The translations under genes and the position numbers were made by a program. Of a DNA stretch of 64,000 nt, positions 56,335 through 64,000 are shown piece after piece (position 1 is the stretch's first letter; each line of letters begins with the position of its first letter). The DNA is from a virus (lineage: Duplodnaviria > Caudoviricetes). Below the pieces are notes generated by a model, which searched no databases, was not told where the DNA came from, and saw only the letters and a list, made by a program, of their open reading frames with translations. The stretch lies in the IMG/VR virus record IMGVR_UViG_3300028591_000079, positions 128,001 to 192,000 of that record; one strand, 5' to 3'.

Positions 56335-58620
56335 AAACTCTGGCGATGTTAGTGGTAGTTTTTTGATTCTTTCTAATTCTGCCACCATTTTATTTGTACC
56401 TTTATTATATTTATCTAACATGTTTGACATTTTTACCAGATCCATATTGTCACCAACTCTAAGCAACCAATCATTAACGTTTTTATTTCTTTTTTCTATC
56501 GCTTTTGTTTTACGCGCTATGATTTTATCTTTTTTAGCTTGTCTTGTATCAATTATAGATTTTTCAAAAGCATCAGTTTCATCGTTTCTTACTGGCCAAT
56601 ACACATCATCAGTATCTTCAGTCATTTGAGAAAATAGATTATCAGTAAAATCAACTAAATTATCGGCAGAATCTATAACTATTTTTTTGATTCTAATTTG
56701 ATCATCTAAAAGTGGCTTTGCATTTTTCTTCATTTTATTTGGATCACTATTGAAAAGACTGCTATCTAATAATTTTTGTCCTTCAAAATTAAAATCTTTT
56801 ATTTCCGTATTATAAAGATGAAAGACTTTTTCTGTTTCTAATAGTTTTGCTCTATCAATAAAACTGATATTATTTCTTACTTTTTCAATAAATTCCTTGA
56901 GTTGTTCTGGAGTTTTACCAATCAGAACCATAAAATTTGTCCCCATTTTATGTAGAAAATACATATATTTAGATGATCCAGCATCAAAAGATATGGTAAC
57001 AACAGTACTATAAAAACCATATATATCTTCAATAGTCAAATCTGATGTAGTGTCTTCTGTAAGTTTTGTAAATAAATCATTAGTAAAATCAGCTAAATTA
57101 TCATAAGAACGACCCATAATATCTCTAATTTGTACTTCTTCTTGATCTAATTGCTTTTCGCTTGAGATAAACTTTTTTGGATCATCTACATATAAACTAC
57201 TATCTAATAATTTCTGTCCTTCAAAATCAAAGTCTTTTATTTCAGTAGAATAAAGCATACCAGTTAGAGTTGTACTAAGAATACATGAATCGTTGCTTAT
57301 TTGTTTTATATTTTGGTTTATTTTTTGGTTAAACTCATCAATTTGACCTAAATCCTTACCAAGTACTACATAATATTTTCTTATTTTAGTATCAGAACCA
57401 GGAAATAATAAAGACAAACGAACAACACAACCATAATAACTATAAATATCATCTATAGTTTCATTATCTTCTTTTTTAGATTTTTTCTTTTTCTTTGAGC
57501 CCGGTCGTGGATATTGTGTATGGGTAACGGCTGGAGCAAAAGAAGCAGTAGTAACCCCACCACCAATGCCAGCAGCACAACAACATTCTTCTAAATTTGG
57601 GTGGTCTTTCATGTATTCAACCAAATCAGTAAAATAATTATTAGCAAACTCTTCTGGTGTATAATAAAAGTCATATTTCAAAATTGGCAAATATGGATTT
57701 AGAGCTGGAATATTTGCTTCTGTTTCTGCTTTATATGCCACCTTTACTATATCAAAATCTGGGTTAAACAACAATTGATCATCAAAATTATAATCTTTAG
57801 CTGCAACACTATAAATAACACCTTTATCTTTTGATTTATAAACTTTACATTGTCTGTCTGTTTTTTTGTTTTTATTGTGTTTTTGTACGTTTGCATATAT
57901 TTTTAGAAGATCCTTTGCCGCCTGTTCTTTTGTTGGAGAGAAAAATGAATACCAACTTGCGTAGTTAAATATTTGCTTTGTTGGACCTATACTAACATGT
58001 GTAACGTATATTTTATAATCATCTGCATTTATAGTGTCATCTGATTCTGTTAGTGTTGATTCTTTTAAATATCCTAATTTATATGCTTTTATATAATCTT
58101 CAATCATATTATCCATAAATCTATCTTTCTGAGGATACATACCAACAGAATCCATTTTTTGCATTATATCAGAATCATAAGCATACCATCTTTTTGCAAA
58201 TGCTTTTTCTACTGGTAATTCTAATAATTTTTGTTTTATTGAAAAATTATCTTGTAATACATCTTGAGAATTATAATCAAAAAAACCAGCAACAACACTG
58301 TATTCTAAACTTAAATCATATGTTACCACTCTTACCTTATTTTGCCCATCATAGTTATCACCAAATTCTGAAGCAACTTTTGATCTTATTATTCTATCAA
58401 ACTCGTATCCTTGTTCTTTATCTTTTGCAATATAATACAAATGAAACGCAATCTCTGCAGAGTCACTTTCTTCTGGAGTCAATCCATAAGTTTTCAGTAA
58501 CATATCAGGGAAAATATCATAAGATGGATCCATATTAATATAAACAGCGCAATGACCAACAAAACAAGCATATTGTGTTTCTTCAATTTCATCAAAAAGA
58601 TTTTTTATTGAGTCTTCCAT
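56329..58620 (-). CDS. Probable head/internal polyprotein with four paralogous domains
   Basis: Repeats (EIKDF.FEGQKLLDSSL) bounded by LKE/LTE/LEE/MTE; late-motif operon. Confidence 0.6.
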   Translation of the reverse strand: MEDSIKNLFDEIEETQYACFVGHCAVYINMDPSYDIFPDMLLKTYGLTPEESDSAEIAFHLYYIAKDKEQGYEFDRIIRSKVASEFGDNYDGQNKVRVVTYDLSLEYSVVAGFFDYNSQDVLQDNFSIKQKLLELPVEKAFAKRWYAYDSDIMQKMDSVGMYPQKDRFMDNMIEDYIKAYKLGYLKESTLTESDDTINADDYKIYVTHVSIGPTKQIFNYASWYSFFSPTKEQAAKDLLKIYANVQKHNKNKKTDRQCKVYKSKDKGVIYSVAAKDYNFDDQLLFNPDFDIVKVAYKAETEANIPALNPYLPILKYDFYYTPEEFANNYFTDLVEYMKDHPNLEECCCAAGIGGGVTTASFAPAVTHTQYPRPGSKKKKKSKKEDNETIDDIYSYYGCVVRLSLLFPGSDTKIRKYYVVLGKDLGQIDEFNQKINQNIKQISNDSCILSTTLTGMLYSTEIKDFDFEGQKLLDSSLYVDDPKKFISSEKQLDQEEVQIRDIMGRSYDNLADFTNDLFTKLTEDTTSDLTIEDIYGFYSTVVTISFDAGSSKYMYFLHKMGTNFMVLIGKTPEQLKEFIEKVRNNISFIDRAKLLETEKVFHLYNTEIKDFNFEGQKLLDSSLFNSDPNKMKKNAKPLLDDQIRIKKIVIDSADNLVDFTDNLFSQMTEDTDDVYWPVRNDETDAFEKSIIDTRQAKKDKIIARKTKAIEKRNKNVNDWLLRVGDNMDLVKMSNMLDKYNKGTNKMVAELERIKKLPLTSPEFL
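56762..57243. repeat. 44-bp direct repeat (56762-56805 and 57200-57243), 3 mismatches, 438-bp period
   Basis: CTATCTAATAATTTYTGTCCTTCAAAATYAARTCTTTTATTTC. Confidence 0.85.
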
Positions 58621-59471
58621 TACACATCAAGATCAAATATATCTTTTATTTCTGTTTCACCAGTTTCTACATTTTGAACTTTTACCCTTGGTGCTGTTTC
58701 TGGATCTTTTTCATCAAACATAACATCAATCACACGATAAACAGGAGCATCAGGATTAACACCAGCCATAGGATCATCTTCAACGCCCATGTCCATACCT
58801 CCACTGATAGAATCAACAGCCCCACCAGCAGGAGAAATATGCAAATCATTATTTTCGGAAGCAAAATCATCTAAATTGAAATCTCCATTATTATCTTGAG
58901 TTGTTGTATTATCTGTGGAAGAAGTATCTGTTGATGTTTTATCGCTAGTTGTATTCATTCCACCAACCCCAGCAACAGAAGCATCAAAATTATCCAGATT
59001 AAAATCGTCTTCTTTGAATAGTCTTTGATTTACAAGTCCACTGATCCATGGATATTTTGAGGATTCCATCATTGCTTTTAGTGTTACTTCTGCGGATTCG
59101 TTTTTGTTAGAATTATAAAGATTACCTATAATTTGTATCCACGTTTGAGATTCACCAGATACAGCACCAGTTTGAAGCATTTTATTACACAATTCAACTT
59201 TTCCCTTTTTTTGCAAATTAGTAAGTGCATTATAAAATTCTTGAGGAAAAGATTGTGGTTTTTGTTGAAGTATTTGTGTTAAAGTATCCACATAAGAGTC
59301 AATATTTTTATCATTATCAGCTTTTGTTTGTTGTTGATAATTATAATCTCTATTTACTTGTTTTTGAAAAGCTTTGAATTCTGGAGAGTTTATATCAGGC
59401 TGCGTGCCAAATTTTTCTTTCCACCTTGTTATAGCATATTTTACACCAACTTCTGTAAGGATTTCTGCCAT
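58620..59471 (-). CDS. Acidic probable head/prohead core protein
   Basis: ILTE, MME, FKE motifs; acidic low-complexity C-terminal half. Confidence 0.5.
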   Translation of the reverse strand: MAEILTEVGVKYAITRWKEKFGTQPDINSPEFKAFQKQVNRDYNYQQQTKADNDKNIDSYVDTLTQILQQKPQSFPQEFYNALTNLQKKGKVELCNKMLQTGAVSGESQTWIQIIGNLYNSNKNESAEVTLKAMMESSKYPWISGLVNQRLFKEDDFNLDNFDASVAGVGGMNTTSDKTSTDTSSTDNTTTQDNNGDFNLDDFASENNDLHISPAGGAVDSISGGMDMGVEDDPMAGVNPDAPVYRVIDVMFDEKDPETAPRVKVQNVETGETEIKDIFDLDV

Positions 59472-59472
59472 T

Positions 59473-60021
59473 TTACCCCTCCAATATTTTCAAAACTTGT
59501 TCATCAGTAGATTCGTGTATTTCTACAGCTGGAGGAAGTGGATAATTATGTTCTTTTAGCCAAGTATGCAATTCCGGTACTGTTTTAAATATTTCTATCA
59601 TACCATCGTGAGAAAGAAGAATATTACCATTTTGTTGAAAAATATGAGCATCCTTGGATTGCAGAAAAACATCATTACCCTCATCATTAATCACCCAAGT
59701 ATTAGACGTTTCTTCTTTATCGGCCTGACTTATTTTTTTCAATAGTTCGTCAAATTCAGAAATAACATCGGCAGCGTTTTTGAATTTTTCTACTGCTTGA
59801 GCCATCATTTCTTCTTTGGTTTGAGGTTCTTCTTTTTTTTCTACATCAACCCCTATACCATGAAGTTGTAATTCTTTATCGGTCTTGATGTCTGTTATAA
59901 AATTTCCATCATCATCCATAGCTGGGGAAGTTGCTGTAACACCTTCTTCTGATAGTGAAAGTTTCTTTGTCATTTCAGTAATAGCAGTAAGAAACTTTGA
60001 TTTTATACGATATTCAACCAT
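59473..60021 (-). CDS. Acidic probable head/prohead core protein
   Basis: First gene after the minus-strand AGTTCTA; ITE, LSE, IHE motifs. Confidence 0.5.
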   Translation of the reverse strand: MVEYRIKSKFLTAITEMTKKLSLSEEGVTATSPAMDDDGNFITDIKTDKELQLHGIGVDVEKKEEPQTKEEMMAQAVEKFKNAADVISEFDELLKKISQADKEETSNTWVINDEGNDVFLQSKDAHIFQQNGNILLSHDGMIEIFKTVPELHTWLKEHNYPLPPAVEIHESTDEQVLKILEG

Positions 60022-60059
60022 TTTTTGAGATCTCTTTGGTTTTTGTTAATCACACTTTA

Positions 60060-60066
60060 TAGAACT
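60060..60066 (-). promoter_or_regulatory. Putative late promoter motif AGTTCTA (minus strand)
   Basis: TAGAACT on + strand, about 40 nt upstream of the 60021 start. Confidence 0.7.
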
Positions 60067-60093
60067 CTGCTCGTAAAACAAAATTTGCCCCTA

Positions 60094-60600
60094 TTATCTT
60101 TGTATTGTCAGTGTTGCTTCATATTTATCATTTTTTTTGTTTATTTTTACATACGAGATTTTGCCACTAATTTTTTCTTGAGTATTTATTTTTATCACTT
60201 CTAAAGTCGGTAAAGTCATTATTTTTTGTTTATTGAAAATTTTTATATTATTATTTACGTTTTTTGTTTTATACCATTGTTCTTTATCATCTTTTTTTCT
60301 ATATTTTGGATATTTCCCGTTTAATTTGAAAAACCTATAATAATCACTATCTAAGTCTCGAATTGCTTGTTCTAGAGTCGCATTCTCCACATTTTTCAAC
60401 CAACCCTTTTTAATTTTTAATTTTTTTAATATTTTTTTCTCTTCATCAAACGAAATATTTTTCTTGTTACGCTTCCAAACTTCGTATCTAGTTTTAACAA
60501 AGAAGTTATAAACATACCTAGAGTACTTAATCTCTCTTTCAATGAGGATTTTTTGCTCTTCATCGGGTTTTAGTTCAATTTTTATCGTTTTGATGTTCAT
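60094..60600 (-). CDS. TnpB (IS200/IS605 OrfB) N-terminal fragment lacking RuvC
   Basis: IKIELKP.EEQ..SRYVYN..WL..LEQA..DL..Y.RFF..YPKYRKK..LPTL..I; stops where RuvC-I would begin. Confidence 0.8.
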   Translation of the reverse strand: MNIKTIKIELKPDEEQKILIEREIKYSRYVYNFFVKTRYEVWKRNKKNISFDEEKKILKKLKIKKGWLKNVENATLEQAIRDLDSDYYRFFKLNGKYPKYRKKDDKEQWYKTKNVNNNIKIFNKQKIMTLPTLEVIKINTQEKISGKISYVKINKKNDKYEATLTIQR

Positions 60601-60624
60601 TTTCTTCTTCTCTTTTATACATTG

Positions 60625-60653
60625 AATATATCGCAAATAAACGATAAAGTCAA
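60625..60653 (-). promoter_or_regulatory. Sigma70 promoter for the TnpB fragment
   Basis: Minus strand TTGACT-17-TATATT. Confidence 0.6.
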
Positions 60654-60659
60654 GATAAA

Positions 60660-60925
60660 AACCAAAGAATAATTTTTGTTATATAGTAAGTAATATATAC
60701 AATAATTAATTTATTTTTTTTAAATTATTATTATGTTCTTAATTTCTTTAATTACGTATTAAGTACATAATTTGTATATTGTATTTAATATCTTACAAAT
60801 AAAAATATTAATTTATCTAAAATTAATAACCTAGTAATAAATATTATATAAACGCGCGCACGCGTCTTAATATGTATTTAAATATTAAAGGATTTTGAAA
60901 AATATTCTTTTTCTTGATGATTAAG
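60660..60925. other. Very AT-rich divergent intergenic region, candidate replication origin
   Basis: About 12 TTAA copies, A/T tracts and one ACGCGCGCACGCGT island. Confidence 0.4.
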
Positions 60926-60928
60926 TGT

Positions 60929-60935
60929 AGTTCTA
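60929..60935 (+). promoter_or_regulatory. Putative late promoter motif AGTTCTA
   Basis: 6 nt before ATG 60942; possibly a leaderless transcript. Confidence 0.45.
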
Positions 60936-60941
60936 AAAGAT

Positions 60942-61433
60942 ATGATGAGCAAAACCGAATATCTTGTTATTTATTATATTGGTTATTCTTGGAACAAAGA
61001 AGAAATAATGAAAGCTCTTGGTATTGACAAAGAAGAGCTTGAACGTATATTGAAAAAATACAATCTCAAAATATCAAAAAATGGTATAAAAAGAGCGGCT
61101 AGAGGTAAAAGGATAGAATACACCAAAAAAAATATAATAATCAGACATGATAAAAAAACCAATGACTGCCCATTTATTTGTGTGACTGTTCATAAACAAC
61201 TAAAAACAGCAAAAAAGACGGTATATTCATTATCAATCAAAGATAACGGTAAAAAACTAAGAAAACGATCTACAAAATTGATAAAAATTCTAAAATGTCG
61301 TAATAATTTTCTAAAAGAGAACAACCAAGACAAACTAAAACAAATTAGAAAAGCTGAAATAAAATGGTTCTTGCGACATCCTTTTACAAAATTTACTTTT
61401 CCTTGGTTAGTTCAGTTGATTTCCAAACATTAA
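60942..61433 (+). CDS. Basic putative DNA-binding protein (N-terminal HTH-like)
   Basis: NKEEIMKALGIDKEELERIL; Lys-rich. Confidence 0.5.
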   Translation: MMSKTEYLVIYYIGYSWNKEEIMKALGIDKEELERILKKYNLKISKNGIKRAARGKRIEYTKKNIIIRHDKKTNDCPFICVTVHKQLKTAKKTVYSLSIKDNGKKLRKRSTKLIKILKCRNNFLKENNQDKLKQIRKAEIKWFLRHPFTKFTFPWLVQLISKH

Positions 61434-61463
61434 ACTTGTAAAAAACATTAAAAACGCTATAAT
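61428..61463 (+). promoter_or_regulatory. Sigma70-like promoter with paired CATTAAA boxes
   Basis: CATTAAAC-TTGTAA-AAAA-CATTAAA-AACGC-TATAAT. Confidence 0.78.
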
Positions 61464-61503
61464 AAACTCAATAACCAAATCAAAGCATATAGGAGAGATT
61501 GGT

Positions 61504-61884
61504 ATGAGTGTATTTAAAATTCGTATGGCGACAGAGACAAGTAATGATACATACTATAGAAGACTCAATATACCCAGAGAATCTTATGTGGATGTTGATG
61601 TAATAAATAGAGTTGTTTTAAGACATGGTAGTACAAAAAGAAGAAATATTTTACCGGCAAATGATAAAAACTATATAGAAGAAAAAAAGAATTTGATTTC
61701 TGGATTAGTTTTTGATAGTCGTAAAGATGCAGAAAAGTTTATGAGAAAGAAAAAAAGCACATTAGAACGATTGGCAAAACAGAATCCAATTTATAAACAG
61801 TATGAAATTTTTGCAATACAACAGCGTTTTATGCCAGATGAAAACAAACTAAAACACTGGGATCCAAATAAAGAAGATTTTTAA
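61504..61884 (+). CDS. Hypothetical protein
   Basis: AGGAG RBS. Confidence 0.6.
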   Translation: MSVFKIRMATETSNDTYYRRLNIPRESYVDVDVINRVVLRHGSTKRRNILPANDKNYIEEKKNLISGLVFDSRKDAEKFMRKKKSTLERLAKQNPIYKQYEIFAIQQRFMPDENKLKHWDPNKEDF

Positions 61885-61936
61885 TTTCCATTATTTTATT
61901 TTGATGGTAATATTCTGGTGTAAAAAGAGGTAAAAA

Positions 61937-62290
61937 ATGACAAACAAAGAAAAATATGAAATGATAAAACACTTTGCTGATAACAATGATGTAATAGGTG
62001 TTTTAGGTTCTTTTTTGGTGGATGATGCGTATAAGGATATCGATTTTGTCAGATTTTTGAAAGATTCGGATCCTAAGTTGTTTTTCAATATTCACCCAAT
62101 GATTATGGCAGATCTAGAAAAACATCAAAAAGTTATGGAATCTTGTGTTTATATTTTAGAAAAAACAAAAGTGTCAAACAAAGTAAAAGAACAATTAGTA
62201 GTGGTATCAACAGGAATAGCAGAAAGATGTAAGGCCATAGTTGGTGCCGCAAAAGAATTATGTGATATTTTTGATAAGGCTTGCAAATAA
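61937..62290 (+). CDS. Hypothetical protein
   Basis: GAGG RBS. Confidence 0.6.
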   Translation: MTNKEKYEMIKHFADNNDVIGVLGSFLVDDAYKDIDFVRFLKDSDPKLFFNIHPMIMADLEKHQKVMESCVYILEKTKVSNKVKEQLVVVSTGIAERCKAIVGAAKELCDIFDKACK

Positions 62291-62301
62291 AGGAGAAGGA
62301 A

Positions 62302-63210
62302 ATGAGCATTAATCCATTCAAAAGAAAAAACACACCAAAACAAGATCCGGCAGAAATTGAAGGAACAACAGAATATCATATTCGCGTTATTAGTAATTCA
62401 AAAATGTTTCCAGATGAATTGATTAAACAAATAGGAGAAGAATTGGGACTGAAGACTGTTACCAGGGATCCTAAAGAAAATAAAAATGAAACAAAAAAGG
62501 CAAAGAAAGAAAAAATAAAATTCAACTTTGATATGGTTTCTACTTCTACTGATTTGAAGATGTTGACTGAAAAACTAAAAAAGTCAAAAGTAAAAGCTTA
62601 TAGTCTGTTGCTGTATGGAGAACCAGGTTGTGGAAAAACTTTTTATGGTAATTATTTGGCTCAAGAATTAGGTATGAATGTTATCAAGAAAAAAGCAAGT
62701 GATATGTTGAGTCGTTATGTTGGAGAAAGTGAAAAACAAATTGCGGCAGCTTTTCAAGAAGCGGTAGATAACAATGCAATACTTATTTTAGATGAGTGTG
62801 ATTCTATGTTGACTGATCGTAGTAAGGCAAAGCAAGATTTTCAGGTTTCAAGTGTAAATACTATGCTAACTTGTATGGAATCTCACCCGTTGCCTTTTAT
62901 TTGCTCTACCAACTTGAAACAATGGTTAGACAAAGCTTCTATGAGACGTTTTGTGTTCAAGATCAAATATGATGAGATGAATCATAAAAATATTCAAGCT
63001 GGGATTAATGAATATTTTGGTAAAAAGTTCAAAATTACAGAGGAAGACACCAAACTTTTGAAACATATAACAGCTGGCGATTTTCCAATTGTGAAGAAAA
63101 AATTAGACATATTGGAAGATGGTAAATATACAAAAGAAAATATTTTACAGCAGTTATTTGAAGAGCAGAAAGAAAAAGAAATAAACGATATTGGAAAAGT
63201 AGGATTCTAA
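62302..63210 (+). CDS. AAA+ ATPase (classic AAA clade)
   Basis: LLYGEPGCGKT, SRYVGESEK, LILDECD, STN..LD.A..RRF; ends KVGF; ATG at 62302. Confidence 0.92.
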   Translation: MSINPFKRKNTPKQDPAEIEGTTEYHIRVISNSKMFPDELIKQIGEELGLKTVTRDPKENKNETKKAKKEKIKFNFDMVSTSTDLKMLTEKLKKSKVKAYSLLLYGEPGCGKTFYGNYLAQELGMNVIKKKASDMLSRYVGESEKQIAAAFQEAVDNNAILILDECDSMLTDRSKAKQDFQVSSVNTMLTCMESHPLPFICSTNLKQWLDKASMRRFVFKIKYDEMNHKNIQAGINEYFGKKFKITEEDTKLLKHITAGDFPIVKKKLDILEDGKYTKENILQQLFEEQKEKEINDIGKVGF

Positions 63211-63603
63211 ATGTTTGATAATAGAAAGTTTGAAAAAATAAACAGAAACCTAAGTAGAATCATGGAAACGGATCTTGATAATATTGCTTTTGCTTTTGTT
63301 GATGGCGAAAATAGTATGGAGATCCCTGATATGTATGAATTTTGCAAATGGTGGGTAAAAAAATATCCTGATAAATTTGCATATCTAAAAGGTAGTTTAT
63401 ATAGGTTTAGAGAAGATAGAGCTAAGTTATTCCATTCTATAGATGTTATACTTAGAAAATATGCAGACAGTAAGAGGGCTAATCCGTTTGTTATCTTTCA
63501 GCTTCAAATGTTAACAAATAACTGTATAGACCAAACGAATTCTACATGTTCATTGGTTCAAACTATAGTAAAAATGTGCGAAAAAATATTAAAAGGGGAA
63601 TAA
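63211..63603 (+). CDS. Hypothetical protein
   Basis: Abuts the AAA gene. Confidence 0.55.
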   Translation: MFDNRKFEKINRNLSRIMETDLDNIAFAFVDGENSMEIPDMYEFCKWWVKKYPDKFAYLKGSLYRFREDRAKLFHSIDVILRKYADSKRANPFVIFQLQMLTNNCIDQTNSTCSLVQTIVKMCEKILKGE

Positions 63604-63605
63604 AA

Positions 63606-63950
63606 ATGTATTTAGAAGTGACAATGAAAGATTTGAAAAATAAAAGTGTATTTGAATATATTGCAACATCTATAGAAAAGAAATTCCCAGATAGTAAAGA
63701 TGATGCAAATAAAATAAGAAATGCAATGACAAATGAAGAAGTTGCAGAAATTTTTGGGGATTATTATGAAGGATGGAAATATGATAATGTAATTTTTTCT
63801 TTTGGAGATATTGATACTATTATTTATTGGATGGATCAAGAAGTACAATTACAAAAGAAAGCATTGGAATATAAGAAATGGCTAAATTGGTTGGCTGATA
63901 GAGGATTGAGCCCAAACAAAGTAAAACAAATCAATAAAAAAAGCTCCTAA
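63606..63950 (+). CDS. Hypothetical protein
   Basis: ATG at 63606 after a GGGG RBS. Confidence 0.55.
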   Translation: MYLEVTMKDLKNKSVFEYIATSIEKKFPDSKDDANKIRNAMTNEEVAEIFGDYYEGWKYDNVIFSFGDIDTIIYWMDQEVQLQKKALEYKKWLNWLADRGLSPNKVKQINKKSS

Positions 63951-63974
63951 TATTTATCTGGAGCTTCTTTTTTT
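63942..63974 (+). terminator. Rho-independent terminator
   Basis: AAGCTCC..GGAGCTT followed by a T tract. Confidence 0.7.
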
Positions 63975-64000
63975 ACTGTAGTATTCTTGTATTATTTCTT

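Noticed and set aside
56762-57243. DGR template/variable repeat pair
   Set aside because: Both copies are in frame in one ORF and mismatches are not adenine-specific on one strand; this is a domain duplication.
60094-60600. Active IS200/IS605 element or Cas12f system
   Set aside because: No RuvC domain, tnpA, recognisable end hairpins or array.
139-63848. Short antisense or nested ORFs in the track (e.g. 4671..5084, 21455..22003, 38956..39390, 40416..40646)
   Set aside because: Shadows of longer, motif-supported genes, without RBSs or recognisable motifs.
1-64000. Stop-codon reassignment
   Set aside because: Long genes are uninterrupted in the standard code, and TAG and TGA both end genes (e.g. 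38803, 56334, 34160).
1-64000. tRNA genes, CRISPR array, retron
   Set aside because: No cloverleaf, repeat-spacer array or reverse transcriptase seen by eye.
1-64000. Bacterial chromosome or integrated prophage (recA, dnaE, clpP, guaC, tdk present)
   Set aside because: These genes are interleaved with virion and terminase genes under shared phage-type promoter motifs; no integrase or housekeeping synteny in the window.

Overview
64 kb from a large, AT-rich (roughly 30% GC), apparently lytic myovirus with T4-like virion genes, read with the standard genetic code. 1-22.6 kb (+): late tail/baseplate operon (sheath, three tube-fold paralogues, lysozyme-like protein, gp26/gp51-like pair with a probable programmed frameshift, tape measure, gp53/gp27/gp5/gp25/gp6/gp7-like proteins, two fibres). 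22.7-40.5 kb (+): recombination/replication module (SbcC/SbcD split by an HNH endonuclease, gp32-like SSB, bacterial-type RecA, GapR, 5'-3' exonuclease, gp41/DnaB helicase, AEP primase, DnaE, dNMP kinase, a possible divergent sigma factor). 40.6-51.6 kb (-): accessory/metabolic block (HAD nucleotidase, ClpP, spanins, thymidine kinase, GMP reductase, phosphoesterase, phosphate acyltransferase, deaminase). 51.7-56.3 kb (+): terminase operon. 56.3-60 kb (-): probable head proteins. Then a RuvC-less TnpB fragment, an AT-rich origin-like spacer and an AAA ATPase. GapR and spanins point to a Gram-negative, probably alphaproteobacterial host. The most striking unexplained features are regulatory: (1) a ~220-nt pseudoknotted ncRNA with its own promoter (49215-49435, minus strand); (2) a two-hairpin RNA displaying the anti-Shine-Dalgarno sequence CCUCCUU in a loop (40565-40650), with a similar hairpin in the tail-tube 3' UTR; (3) two promoter classes, a late AGTTCTA motif and a sigma70-like promoter with ATTAAA boxes, with TTAA scarce in at least one coding gene and dense in the origin-like region; (4) a four-domain head polyprotein with LxE boundaries. 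All calls come from reading motifs by eye; no database searches or folding programs were run.
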